Source: Octopus sinensis (lineage: Eukaryota). From it: a stretch of 64,000 nt of DNA. The notes under the pieces were generated by a model that had not been told where the DNA came from, ran no database searches, and was given only the letters and a program-made list of their open reading frames with translations. Positions 11,261 through 23,385 of the stretch are shown piece by piece; the first letter of the stretch is position 1, and every line of letters begins with the position of its first letter. The stretch lies in the NCBI RefSeq assembly GCF_006345805.1, contig NC_043003.1, positions 11,098,001 to 11,162,000 of the forward strand, given 5' to 3'. A program made the position numbers and the translations under genes.

Positions 11261-11672
11261 TGCACTTTGTCGGAGGGGCCCAACAAGAACTGAGCCAGTC
11301 TTCACCTGCAGAAGGGTTCGAATTGTGGTCTGTGTTTCCTTTGCCTCTTTACATTCTGGTTTCAAATCTCATTGAGGACAACCTTGTCTTTCATCCATTC
11401 AGCATCAATGAAATCAGGTACCAGTCATGTACTGAGGTCTATGGCATCAACTAAACCCTCCCACTTAAAATTATTTACTTTGTGTTTTAATCAGAAATCA
11501 TTGTTATTTAACCCTAGATTATCAGACTTGTTAGCAAATATGTTCCAACTGTGACCATTCCATCTTTTCATAGATATTGTATACCACAGACGAAAGTATC
11601 TGTGACCAGGGTCTAGGTTTACAATCAAAGAATTTGGTGCTTTGTAATGTATTAACAAAAATATTTTGTAAT

Positions 11673-12095
11673 AGGTGCAGGTGTGGCTGTGTGGTAAGAA
11701 GCTTGCTTCCCAACCACATGGTTCTAGGTTCAATCCCACTGCATGGTACCTTGGACAAGTGTCTTTTACTAGTTTCAAACTGACCAAAACCTTAAGAGTG
11801 AATTTAGTTAATGGAAACTGAAAGAAGTCTGCCATATATATATATATATATATATAAATATACATATATATCTATGTATGTGTGTCTTTGTGTCTGTGTT
11901 TGTCCCCCGCATCAATGCTTGACAACCAGTGTTAGTGCATTTACGTCCCCGTAACTTAGTGGTTTGGCAAAAAAGACCAATAGAATGAGTACTAGGTTAA
12001 AAAACCTGGGGTTAATTTGTTCAACTAAAAACCCTTCAAAGCAGTGCTCCAGTATGGACACAGTCAAATGACTGAAGCAAACAAGAGAACAAAAG
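11673..12095 (+). mobile_element. SINE family A
   Basis: Same head, body and tail as 1885-2432. Confidence 0.88.
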
Positions 12096-12139
12096 AAAAA
12101 ATAAATTTTAAAAAATAAAGAATATATATATGAAGAATA

Positions 12140-12520
12140 CAGGCGTGGCTGTGTGGTAAGAAGCTTGCTTCCCAACCACATGGTTCCGGGTTCAATCCCA
12201 CTGCATGACGCATTGAGCAAGTATCTTCTACTGTAGCCTCGGGCTGACCAAAGCCTTGTCAATGGATTTGGTAGATGGAAACTGAAAGAATCATGTCATA
12301 TGTATGTAAGTATGCATTTGTGTGTATGTCTGTGTTTGTCCCACTACCATTGCTTGACAACTGATGCTGGTGTGTTTATGTCCCCGTACCTTAGCGTTTT
12401 GGCAAAAGAGACCGATAAAATAAGTACTAGGCTTACAAAGAATAAGTCCCGGAGTCAGTTTGTTCGACTGAAGGCGGTGCTCCAGCATGGCCGTAGTCAA
12501 ATGACTGAAACAAGTAAATG
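12140..12520 (+). mobile_element. SINE family A
   Basis: Same head, body and tail as 1885-2432. Confidence 0.88.
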
Positions 12521-12948
12521 AAATGAATAAATGAATATATATATATATATACAGACAGACAATAGGTGAGAGCTACATATGCACAGTATAGAAAACACAT
12601 TGTAGTGCTCAAAGGAATTTGAACTTGAACTCTGAATTCTTCATCCAGGACTAGGGCCACAGTGTCAAGAGCATCTACCAATCTTCTTTTAATGAATGAA
12701 GCAACACTTATGGTAATATCTTTGTGTGACTACTTACTGGTTGCATAGCTGAAACATTTTGCACATTAAATCTCATATTGTGTTCATTATGATTATTACT
12801 GCGTAAATCTGAGCTTCCTGAAACAGCTGTCAAGTAAAGAAATTGCGTATTCTCTTCTTGGTAATCTGTATTTTTATGTTCTATGTAAATATACTTGTGT
12901 GTGTGTGTGTGTGTGTGTGGAGTGTATGCCTTTATCTTTCTGAATATA

Positions 12949-12981
<33 letters not shown>

Positions 12982-13044
12982 ATATATATATATATAAATA
13001 TTATTTTTTTCCCTGTAAATTTGGATATATTCCCTAATATTTAT

Positions 13045-13075
<31 letters not shown>

Positions 13076-13136
13076 CCAAGCCTAATTGTTTTTATCTGCA
13101 GCACTACCCGTGTCTCTCTCTCTCTATATATGTATG

Positions 13137-13185
<49 letters not shown>

Positions 13186-13630
13186 GTATATGTATGTATG
13201 TATGTAGGTAGGTATTGATCTTGGCAAGCTTGGATCTTTGATTTATCTCAGTTGTTCTGCTATTTATTTCAATCGCATATAATCCTAACTGGAATAGTCC
13301 AACATCACAACCTAATGGAAAAACATTAAAAGAGCTGAGACAACAAAAGAATCCTTCCACTACGTAGCTGATACATTTGCTAGAAATAACAACTAACTTC
13401 CCTTCAAATCATATCCTGCCATCCTTTAAAAACTGAATCTACTTATTGAATTATGTTGTCAAAAACACTGTTTTATTATTTTTTTTTATTTTTTACTTGT
13501 TTCTGCCATTGGCTGTGGCCATGATGGGGCATCGCCTTGAGTTCGGTTGAAGAAACTGCCCTAAGTAATTATATTCATTTTTAAACTCTAGTAGTTAGAT
13601 ATTTGGTAAAAGGGACCAATAGACGAAGTA

Positions 13631-13789
13631 CCAGGTGTGGATGTGTGGTAAGTAGCTTGCTCCCCAACCACATGGTTTTGGGTTCAGTCCCACTGCATGG
13701 CACCGCACCTTGGGCAAGTGTCTTCTACTATAGCCTCGGGCCAACCAAAGCCTTGTGAGTAGATTTGGTAGACATAAACTGAAAGAAGA

Positions 13790-13795
<6 letters not shown>
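13631..13795 (+). mobile_element. SINE family A head
   Basis: GGTGTGGATGTGTGG...GAAACTGAAAGAAG-like head ending in (TA)n. Confidence 0.8.
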
Positions 13796-13823
<28 letters not shown>

Positions 13824-13826
<3 letters not shown>

Positions 13827-14204
13827 GAAAGGTAAAAAGAAAAAGTGAAAATGTATTGGATACTAAAAAATAAAGGCTTTTTTTTATGACAGTAACGATA
13901 TATATATATATACAATTAGATAAACTGAGGTAGAATTAAGAGGAATTAAATTCATTATTTTGAATTGCTAAAGAGATTGAAAGTCATACTGGTATCGTCA
14001 AAAGCTGTTCACTGACTTTGACGATACCAGTATGATTTTGAATCTTCTTTAACAATTCTTTTATACCTCTTAATTCTACCTCAGTTCATCTAATTGTTTA
14101 TACATACATATATATATATATATATAGTTACTTTTCATAAAAAAAGCCTTTATTTCATTTATATCCAATGTGCATTTTCCTGTTTTTGTTTTTACTTTTC
14201 CCCC
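13824..14204. repeat. About 380-bp foldback (imperfect long inverted repeat)
   Basis: Perfect inner stem TCATACTGGTATCGTCAAA/TTTGACGATACCAGTATGA; matching arms continue out to GGGGAAA/TTTCCCC. Confidence 0.85.
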
Positions 14205-14269
14205 ATTTATACCACATGTAGTCTCTTTTCTCTTCGAAACCTATTTCTATTATATAAATATATCATCCT

Positions 14270-14575
14270 CATCATCATCATCGTTTAAAGTCCGCTTTCC
14301 ATGCCAACCACTCCGAGAGTGTAGTGGGTGCTTTTACGTGTCACCGGCACGAGGGCCAGTCAGGCGGTACTGGCAACGGTCACACTCAAGTGGGGTTTTC
14401 TACATGCCACCTGCACAGGAGCCAGTCCAGTGGCATTGGCAACAACCTTGCTTGAATGTTTTTCACGTGCCAGTAAGGTGATGCTGGTAACAATCATATT
14501 TGAAACGGTGCTTTTTACATACCACTGGCACGGAAGTGAGTCAGCTGCTCTGGCAATGATCACGCTCGGATGGTG
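14270..14575 (-). mobile_element. RTE-type LINE 3' UTR fragment
   Basis: (CAT)n-CGTTTAAAGTCCGCTTTCCATG plus decayed 60-bp units. Confidence 0.75.
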
Positions 14576-14740
14576 ATTTTTCCCTTGTTAACAATTAACA
14601 TGGAAAAAATAGATAAATATTTACCAGAGTAGCAAAAAAAATCACACAGGTAAAAAGGGCATGACACCTTGTTTTTAAAGGTAGAAACTCCAGGTTTACG
14701 TGAAATATTTTGTATAGTATATATAAATAAATATAAATAA

Positions 14741-15532
14741 ATAAATGGAGTTAAATGCAGGTGTTATTCAAATTCTTTTACTTCCAACACATGTTTCGAA
14801 GATATCATTGGTATTATTCCAAAGGAATAAAATGGTGTAAAGCAATGTAATCTTCTCTTCAAGGAAATGAAGAAATAAAACTCGTCAATAAGACATTTTA
14901 ACAGAATATGATGGATATGTAAAGTGATGACCAAAACGCTATTCCAGTTATCTAAATGAATTTCTAATCATTACTCTACATTTAGGGATAGGAATAAGCA
15001 TAACAGTATAGGGCTTAGTAAATTAATTTGGTATCTAAAAGACCATAATAAACAATTTAATTTAGATTGGTTGATTCTCTCAATTTCTTTCCCATATGAT
15101 AAAGGCAAGGAATTCTGTCTTCTCTGTAATTCTGAACTATTTTTTATTCTTTTTTCTAAAAATCCCCTTGTAAACACGATTATAGAGTGTGCTTACTGAT
15201 GTAAACTTTGGCAGAAACACACCTTTAGTTCATATAAGTGATATCTATCATTATATATATTTTAAAAATTAATTTTCTTCTTACGTTTCACTTTCACTAG
15301 GCTACCTTTGATGTTATATCCTCTAACGATTTAAAAAAAAAACTTAATAGTGTTTAGTTCATCACTTTACATATCCATCATATTCTGTTAAAATTTCTTA
15401 TTGACGAGTTTTATTTCTTCATTTCTCTGAAGAGAAGATTACATTGTTTTACACCATATTATTCCTTTGGAATAATACCAATGATATCTTTGAAACGTGT
15501 GTCGAATAACACCTACGTTTAACTCCATTTTG
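14741..15532. mobile_element. Inverted-repeat element (arms about 14741-14930 and 15355-15532), each arm with a decayed hammerhead
   Basis: Arms are reverse complements. HHR motifs at 14780-14868 (minus) and 15421-15509 (plus): (C/T)TGAAGA, stem II GAAGAT/ATCTT(C/T), GAAAC. Confidence 0.7.
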
Positions 15533-15676
15533 ATATATATATATATATACTCACACACACACACATACATAGATACATACATACATGTATGTATGTATGT
15601 GTGCAGATTTGTATATTTTGCTTTATGTATGTATTCTCATGCATATAGTTGCATATCTAGACATGCTCATATATAT

Positions 15677-15951
15677 TTAAACGATAAACTTCTAGAAAGT
15701 TTTACAGATTTTTACAATTCCAGTGATGGCATGAATCTGTAGTCTTCAAATTAGCATTCTTCTTTCTGCTTTTGGGAAGCCTAATTTCTCAAGATTGGTA
15801 TTTAGGCCGTGTGTTACATATCCCAGGGCCCCAATAATTACAGGTATAAACCTGGACTTGTAATCTGGATAGAGTAATTGCAGATTTCTCAATAGTTCAA
15901 TATCAGTATTTTCTTTTTCACTGATCTTCAACTTTATGATAACATCCGCTG
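15677..15951 (-). mobile_element. R4/Dong-type (restriction-like endonuclease) LINE 3' fragment
   Basis: KISEKENT...LQLLYPDYKSRFIPVIIGALGYV...LEKLG, then RLQIHAITGIVKICKTF past an in-frame stop; PV(I/V)IGALG is the RLE C-terminal signature. Confidence 0.7.
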
Positions 15952-15966
15952 CATGTATGTATGTAT

Positions 15967-16481
15967 AGCTATTGACCGTAGCAGGTGGAGAAGGATTGTG
16001 CACGAGGGGACAGCTACTTTTGAGAAATCTCAAGTTGCGCATAAGAAAGTAAGGAGGGATGCCAGGAAGGGCATCGCTGTTACACTTCCAGAAGGGAAGG
16101 GTCTTCCTTTGATTCTGACATGCAATGTCTGTGCAAAACTCTGCCTCAGTAAAGCTGGACTCAAGAGACATCTTCGTAGTCATAAAGCGAGACAGATGAA
16201 TGACAACCTGGCCACTGGTGGTAGTGTAACACACCATACTAATCATATCTGTCGGGCATGTGGAAGAGAGTGTAATTCGGCAGGAGGACTTAAACGACAT
16301 GAAAAGGTACATGAAGCCCAGTTACAACTACAGCCGGCTATTGCCGATAAAGGTTTTAGCTGCCAATTCTGTACAAGACATTGTAGATCTTTAGCTGGGC
16401 TAAAAAGTCACATTCGATCACTGCACCAATAACTGTTAAGCTTCGTGCAATGGCCATACTCGATAACGAGGGGTCAGCAAT
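15967..16481 (+). mobile_element. 5'-truncated RTE-type LINE end encoding three C2H2 zinc fingers
   Basis: AIDRSRWRRIVHEG..FE...KKVRR matches RTE ORF C-termini, followed by three C-x2-C-x12-H-x3/4-H fingers, a short 3' UTR and CATGTATGTATGTAT on both sides (15952-15966, 16482-16496). Confidence 0.8.
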
Positions 16482-16509
16482 CATGTATGTATGTATGTAC
16501 ATAAGCGTG

Positions 16510-16712
16510 TGTTTGTTTGTGTGTGTATTTGTCCCCTACAATCACTTCACAATCAGTATTGGTTTGTTTATATCAAGCAGTTCGCGAAAGGGGACCGCTA
16601 GAATAATTACCAGGCTTAAAAAATAAATATCGGAGCCAATTTACTTAACTACACCATTCAAGGTGGTGCCCCAGCATGGACACAGTCAAATGGCTAAAAC
16701 AAATAAAAAACA
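16510..16712 (+). mobile_element. SINE family A body (diverged)
   Basis: TTTGTCCCC...CCCCAGCATGGACACAGTCAAATGGCTAAAACAAATAAAA. Confidence 0.7.
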
Positions 16713-17104
16713 GATATATCATTTTCCCATCCTTTAACAATTCTTCTCGCTCACCAATATTATCAGATGTCGATAATATTGTTCTTGATGTAATAAAAAC
16801 CATCTTCCAGTACTTATCTTATCTGCCAGTTCTTATTCGGTTGACCTTAGAAGCATCAAATTGCTTTTTGATATGATTAATTCTTGGTCCATACAGCCCC
16901 AGGGAGTACATGGAGAAACGGTAGGAGAGAAGCTCCCTTTCTATAAATACTGTGATATGAGAGAGAACAAAGAGTAGCACAGACAGGCCATCACCCTGCA
17001 GGACGCCTTTTATAATTGTGTATTACATCAGATGTTATTAGTTTGTTTCAGCCGCTCAGAAATAAAGTGGTTACACCATGTTTTCATTCGGTGATCAATG
17101 AATA

Positions 17105-17990
17105 AGAGATGTGTATGTGTGTGTGTGCATGTGTGTGTGCATGTGTGCATGTGTGTGTGCATGTGTGCTTCTATGTGTGTATGTGTGTGCATGTGTGTGT
17201 GTGCGTGTGTGTGCACGTGTGTGTGCATGTGTGTGTGTGCATGTGTGTGTGCATGTGTGTGTGCATGTGTGCTTCTATGTGTGTATGTGTGTGCATGTGT
17301 GTGCATGTGTGTGTGTGCGTGTGTGTGCACGTGTGTGTGCATGTGTGTGTGTGCATGTGTGTGTGCATGTGTGTGTGCATGTGTGCTTCTATGTGTGTAT
17401 GTGTGTGCATGTGTGTGTGTGCATGTGTGTGCACGTGTGTGTGCATGTGTGTGTGTGCATGTGTGTGTGCATGTGTGTGTGCATGTGTGCTTCTATGTGT
17501 GTATGTGTGTGCATGTGTGTGCATGTGTGTGTGTGCGTGTGTGTGCACGTGTGTGTGCATGTGTGTGTGTGCATGTGTGTGTGCATGTGTGTGTGCATGT
17601 GTGCTTCTATGTGTGTATGTGTGTGCATGTGTGTGCATGTGTGTGTGTGCGTGTGTGTGCACGTGTGTGTGCATGTGTGTGCGTGTGCATGCATGTGTGT
17701 GTGTGCACATGCATGTGTACCCATGTGTGCAAGTGCGCATGTGTGTATTTGTATATGTGTGTGTGTTTGTGTATGTGTGCACGTGTGTGTGTATGTATGT
17801 GTGCGTGTGTATGTGTGATGTGTATGTGTGTTTTGTGTGTGTGAATGCATGTGTGCTTGTGTGTGTGCATGTGTGTGTGTGTGTGTGCGTGTTTTGTGCA
17901 TGTGCGTGTTTTTTGTGTGTGTGCATGTATATATGTGCACATGTGTGTTTGTGTGTGTATGTGCATGTGTTTGTGTGCGTGTGTGTATTA
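17105..17990. repeat. (TG)n/(TGCA)-derived satellite with higher-order periodicity
   Basis: Marker GTGCTTCTATGTGTGTATG recurs five times at about 105-115 bp spacing. Confidence 0.9.
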
Positions 17991-18366
17991 ACCAACTGCA
18001 CAACCGTCAGATTCATTCAGCTTCTTACTCTGTCTTCCAGGATCCTTTTTTTCTTATCTTTTATCTTTTTTTTAGTATCTTTTACTTGTTTCAGTCATTA
18101 AACTGTGGCCATGCTGGGGCACCCTGGGGCACCATCTTGAAGGGTTTGGTCGACCAATTTGACGACTCCAGTATTTATTTATTTTTTGTTAGTCTGGTGC
18201 TCCTCATTTTATCCACCTATTCTGCTGGACCACAAAGTTACAGGGATGTCAACAAACCAACACTGGTTGTCTAGTATGTTGTTGTTGGTGGTGGTGGTGG
18301 TGGTGGAAAGACAAACAAACATAAAGACATACATACACACACACACACACACATACACACAGACAA

Positions 18367-18399
<33 letters not shown>

Positions 18400-18405
<6 letters not shown>

Positions 18406-18700
18406 AGCACATGGCCTAATGGTTAGAATGCTACACACAAAATCACAAGACCAAGTGTGTGTGTTTCAATTCCTAAACCAGGTGGTGTGTTGTGTTCTTG
18501 AGCAAGTCACTTCATCTCATGTTACTCTGCCACCGCTTGACACCTGATGTGTGGTACACCTGTGCACCTGTTCAGACAATATTGATTTGAGGGACAGAGT
18601 GAGCTAACGTGTGGCATGAATGTTTGACCACTATACACAAATCATTCGTACAGGTCATTCGGCAAAAGCTGACCACTCGTATATCATCTTCGATGGGGGA
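18400..18700 (+). mobile_element. tRNA-derived SINE (diverged)
   Basis: CACATGGCCTAATGGTTAGAATG...TTCAATTCC...GTTCTTGAGCAAGTCACTT head. Confidence 0.6.
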
Positions 18701-19509
18701 GTCCATCATACATTTTATCCGCCTATTTTGATGGACCACAAAGTTACAGGGACGTCAACAGACCAACACTGGTTGTCTAGTGTGGTGGCAGTGGCGGTGG
18801 TGGGAAGGACAAACACAAACATAAAGACACCCCACCTCTACCCCAACCCTCAGCCTAACCCACACTGCACCCATGCTTTCCCCACTCTTGCCTTCCCCAC
18901 CTCCCAACACCATCACACCACACAACACTACACCATACCACACAGCACACCACCACTGACCAATTCTCATCCCCACATTTTCACACCTACACATACACAC
19001 ACGTCAAGATCACCAGCCCTCTTTCACTCACATATATGTACTCTCTTACACACACGCGCACCTTTATTTTGGGATCACTACTACTTTGTTATCTCCCTTA
19101 CTTCTTAGCTCTCCTGTGTGACCCTTCTGTCCGGCATTCACCATGATAGATCGCTAGCCACTACACACAATTTTTTCTCTCCTTGTTTCTTTCTGTGTTC
19201 CTTTCTGTGGAAGAGCGTAGGCTCAAAATGTTAAAGACTTTTTCATTACTTGAGCGTTATACTAATACATCTGTTTGTTGTCTACACCACCTGTCTTCAT
19301 CTTTTGTTTTTTTGTGAATTCTCCCCCTACATGCACACACATACACACAGACAACCAGACACACACACACACACACACATGAGAGCACATGCCCTAATGG
19401 TTAGGATGCTGCACACAAAACCACAGTGTTGGTCTGTTGACATCCCTGTAACTTTGTGGTCCAGCAAAATAGGCAGATAAAATGAGGAGAACCAGAAAGA
19501 AAAAATAAA

Positions 19510-19670
19510 TAAATACGTTGCAACTCATTTCTACAGCTGAGTCAACTGGAGCAACGTGAAATAAAGTGTCTTGCTCAAGAACACATCACGCAGCCCGGTC
19601 CGGGATTTGAACTCACAACCTCAGAATCGTAAGCTTGATGCTCTAACCACTGAGCCATGCACCTTCACTA
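19510..19670 (-). mobile_element. tRNA-derived SINE head
   Basis: AAATAAAGTGTCTTGCTCAAG...GGATTTGAACTC...CTAACCACTGAGCCATGC. Confidence 0.7.
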
Positions 19671-19737
19671 TATAGACATCATAATACAGGAATTATATAC
19701 ATCATTGGCATATATAATTGGCTTCCACACAGTTTCT

Positions 19738-19930
19738 TATTTCTTTATTGCCACAAGGGGCAACATAGAGGGGACAAACAAGGACTGACAACGGGATTAA
19801 GTTGATTACATCAACCCCAGTGCATAACTGGTACTTAATTTATCGACCCCGAAAGGATGAAAGGCAAAGTTAACCTCGGTGGAATTTGAACTCAGAACGT
19901 AACGGCAGACGAAATACGGCTACGCATTTC
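19738..19930 (-). mobile_element. SINE family B
   Basis: Reverse complement of 28576-28806. Confidence 0.8.
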
Positions 19931-20901
19931 AGAGTGGGACTGAACCTGGAAACATGTGATTGGGAAGTGAACTTCTTAAGCACTGAGCCATGCCTGTAGC
20001 TATTGTACGATGGATGCAGAAATTTTCAGTTGAAACCACGGCCTTGTACATAAGTTATTTATGCCTTTGGGAAATGCATGAACGTCACAGAATCAACTGG
20101 GTTGATGGCCCTTTGCTGGATGTTGCTGGTTATTAAAAATAATCACAAAATGTTGACATTGAAGATTTCACTTGATTTATCACATTTTGTACCAAATAAA
20201 TAAATTTCAACAGCATGAATTTGATTAAACCTTACCATGTATTTATATGCACATATATATATATATATATATATATATTACATCCAAATTTATCCCTCTA
20301 TCCACACACACACACACACACACACACAAATATATATACTTACATGCATGTCTTTATATCTGACTATATTTCTAAACATACAGACATGTATTGATATACA
20401 TGTGTATGTGTATTGGATAAGATGTGCATGTGTGTGTATGTGTGTGTGTGTGTGTATTAGAATGTGTTGAATGTGTCTCAGTACACATGCATGCATTCGC
20501 ACTCATATGATCACATTCATACACATGTGTCTGTATAGGTTTGTGCATACATATATGTAGCTTTATACATACATACGCACATATATATATATATATATGT
20601 TTGTATGTCCGAATATCAATTGATGTAAAACTTAGCATACAGACACACACACACACACATGAACACGCATGTGTGTGTGTGTGTGTGTCCACAATTTTAC
20701 ATTAACTGATATACATAAGTAAACAAACACAATTTTAAGGGATATTTATTTATATAAATTCCACAACTGTTAATATATAATTTAATTTACATACACATAT
20801 ATATACATACATACACACATATATACATACATGCATATATACACACATGCATATATATATATATATATATGTATGTATATATATATATATATATATGTGT
20901 G

Positions 20902-20945
<44 letters not shown>

Positions 20946-21283
20946 GTATACATATGTGTGTGTTTATGTAGATGATCATTTGTGTTTTAGATTCATACAT
21001 CATTTTTCTCGTGTAGATATTTACAAGTTATCAACGTATGAAAGTCAATAGATTGACTGTGTTTATTCTGTTCGTCCGTTGAAATAAATATATTTGATAA
21101 ACAGACAACCACCATCTTATTTGTCTGAGTTGAGGAAATGAATATGAATCACAGCAAAACAAAATATATATATTCTTCTTCCAAATATTAAAGTTAATAT
21201 TTTTAAATGTATGAAGGGATTCATTTATATTCAGTTTCTCATCAAGTTTATTGATGGAACTGGAGTCTTGCATTCATTTATCT

Positions 21284-22332
21284 CAGTGGTTCTCAACCAT
21301 TTTTTTTACCTAGGGACCCCTTTGTTTACTAATTTATTCTGGTGGACCCCATAGCGATTACAAACTAATTTTATAGATTCTGCTTTAAAAATTCCTGTTT
21401 TGTTATTCATACATTAACTTGTATAGGTTGGACTGCGTAAAATGTTAGAGAAAGAAATCTAGCTGTTTCTTGCAATACACACGTTTAACCTTTTCGTTAC
21501 CAACCTGGCTGAAACTGCTTCTGGCTCTGTAGTACAAATGTCTTGTGTCTCTAAGTTCTGAATTAAAATCTTCCACCAAACCTTAGTCACAATTTATGTT
21601 CCTAACACCAGCTTAATGATAACGAAGTTATTTTACTAAATTCTTTATTATATTTAAAGTAATTGAAAGAAACACAGAACATCTCAACAGTAGCAAAAGG
21701 GTTAAAATATATAATAGAGAAACAATTCTTAACCCTTTCGATACCAATCTGGCTTAAACCAGCTCTGACTCTGTAGTACAAATGTCTTGTTTTCATAAGT
21801 TCTAAATTAAAATCTTCCACCAAACCTTAGTCATGATTTATGTTCCTAACACTAGCTGAATGATAACTAAGTTATCTTATTAAATTCTTTGTTATATTTA
21901 AAATTAATTGAAAGAAACACAGAGCATCTCAACAGAAATATGGTAACAAAAGGGCTAAAATATATAATAGAGAAACAATTCTTAACCTTTTTATTACCAA
22001 CCCAGCTGAAACCAGCTTTGGCTCTGAGTACAAATATCTTGTTTTCATAAGTTTTGAATTAAAATCTTCCACCAAACCTTAGTCACAATTTATGTTCCTA
22101 ACACTAGCTTAATGATAACTAAGTTATTTTACTAAATTGTTATATTTAAAATTAATTGAAAGAAACACAGAATATCTCAAAATAAATACAGTAACGAAAG
22201 GGTTAAATCAAAACTTTTCATGAAATCTCAAAACACTACTGTGAATTCTCAATTTACTATTTTGCTGGTGTGAACCCTAAAAATTTTATATGGACCTCCA
22301 AGGATCATACAGACCCTGTCTGAGGACCACTC
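21284..22332. mobile_element. hAT (Charlie-like) non-autonomous element hosting three piggyBac-type MITEs
   Basis: CAGTGGTTCTCAACC left end; degenerate TGAGGACCACT right end. Confidence 0.55.
21485..22206. mobile_element. Three tandem piggyBac-type MITEs (21485-21705, 21729-21958, 21982-22206)
   Basis: Each is TTAA-CC(C)TTT...AAAGGG-(T/C)TAA with shared internal sequence and an identical 23-bp spacer. Confidence 0.8.
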
Positions 22333-22889
22333 ATTTAGCTGCTGGATTTAATGATGCGGACTCTAGCAAATGTCTGCATAGCTCTCATGACTAATGATTG
22401 TTCTTGGAGCGACGTACTCTAATACTTACTGCCAGTTTATTTGTTTTGGTCACTGCTAATGTGTTGATGTCTTTATGGACTGTTTTGTAGGAACTGATGA
22501 AGCAAAATATTGAGAAAGTGTTTTAATAAATTTTCAAGAAGTTTATGAAGCAACTTTTCAGGAGGGCAAAAATATTTATCATAGTTGATCTTACTGTGCT
22601 CTGGCAGAACAAACTAAACATTTCTTCTTACATGCTAAAGAAAACTAAATATCAGGACTTGGTCAAGCAGACCCTTGTCAAAATATGGCATGCGGCCTCA
22701 TTCCCTACATAAGTTGGTTGCAATGTATTTCCAGCTATACTGGTGTCCTATTTCCTACAAAAGAATTGGCACCTATGACATTTTTGCAGCACCTCAAAGA
22801 CTGTTTGGAGAAGAAACCATGATTCAGAGGCTGTCAAACCAGATATTTAAGGATCAGATGAAGATGCTAAACTGGACAAAATGACTATT

Positions 22890-23200
22890 ACACCATTAGT
22901 TATGATGGTGAGGGTTGCAGTTGATCTGATCAATGGGACAGCCTGCTTGGGGAGTTAATGTGCAAGTGGCTGAGCACTCCACAGATATGTGAACCCTTAG
23001 CATAATTCCCTGAGAGGTTCAGAATGGCATAGAATGTGACAAGGCTAGGCCTCTTTGAAGGGAGTACTCACTTTTGCCAGTTGTGTGGATTGAAGTGAGA
23101 AATAAAGTGTCTTGCTCAAGGACACAATGCGGCACTGGGAATTGAACTCATGACCTTACGATCGTGAGCCAAACATCCTAACCACCAAGCTACATGCCTT
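22890..23200 (-). mobile_element. tRNA-derived SINE
   Basis: AAATAAAGTGTCTTGCTCAAGG...GGAATTGAACTC...CCTAACCACCAAGCTACATGCC. Confidence 0.65.
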
Positions 23201-23206
23201 CACACT

Positions 23207-23385
23207 GGGCAACTGGGTGACTAGGCAACAGGGCAACTAGGCAACTGGATAACTGGGTGACTAGGCAACTGGGTGACTAGGCAACTGGGCGACTAGACAA
23301 CTGAGTGACTAGGCAACTGGGTGACTAGGCAACTGGACAACTAGGCAACTGGGTGACTAGGCAACTGGGCAACTAGGCAACTGAG
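23207..23385. repeat. Minisatellite of 8-bp subunits (GGCAACTG/GGTGACTA)
   Basis: Direct reading. Confidence 0.88.

Noticed and set aside
12790-12840. Hammerhead at GAAACAGCTGTC
   Set aside because: Stem III and triplet match motif 1 of the 58 kb element, but there is no CTGANGA or stem II upstream.
15953-16432. Host C2H2 zinc-finger gene
   Set aside because: No TGEKP linkers, an RTE-type segment precedes the fingers, the ATG comes from a (TATG)n tract, and the ends are flanked by a direct repeat.
17028-18101. Cys/Val- or His/Thr-rich ORFs (metallothionein-like appearance)
   Set aside because: Translation of TG/CA dinucleotide satellite; open in all frames.
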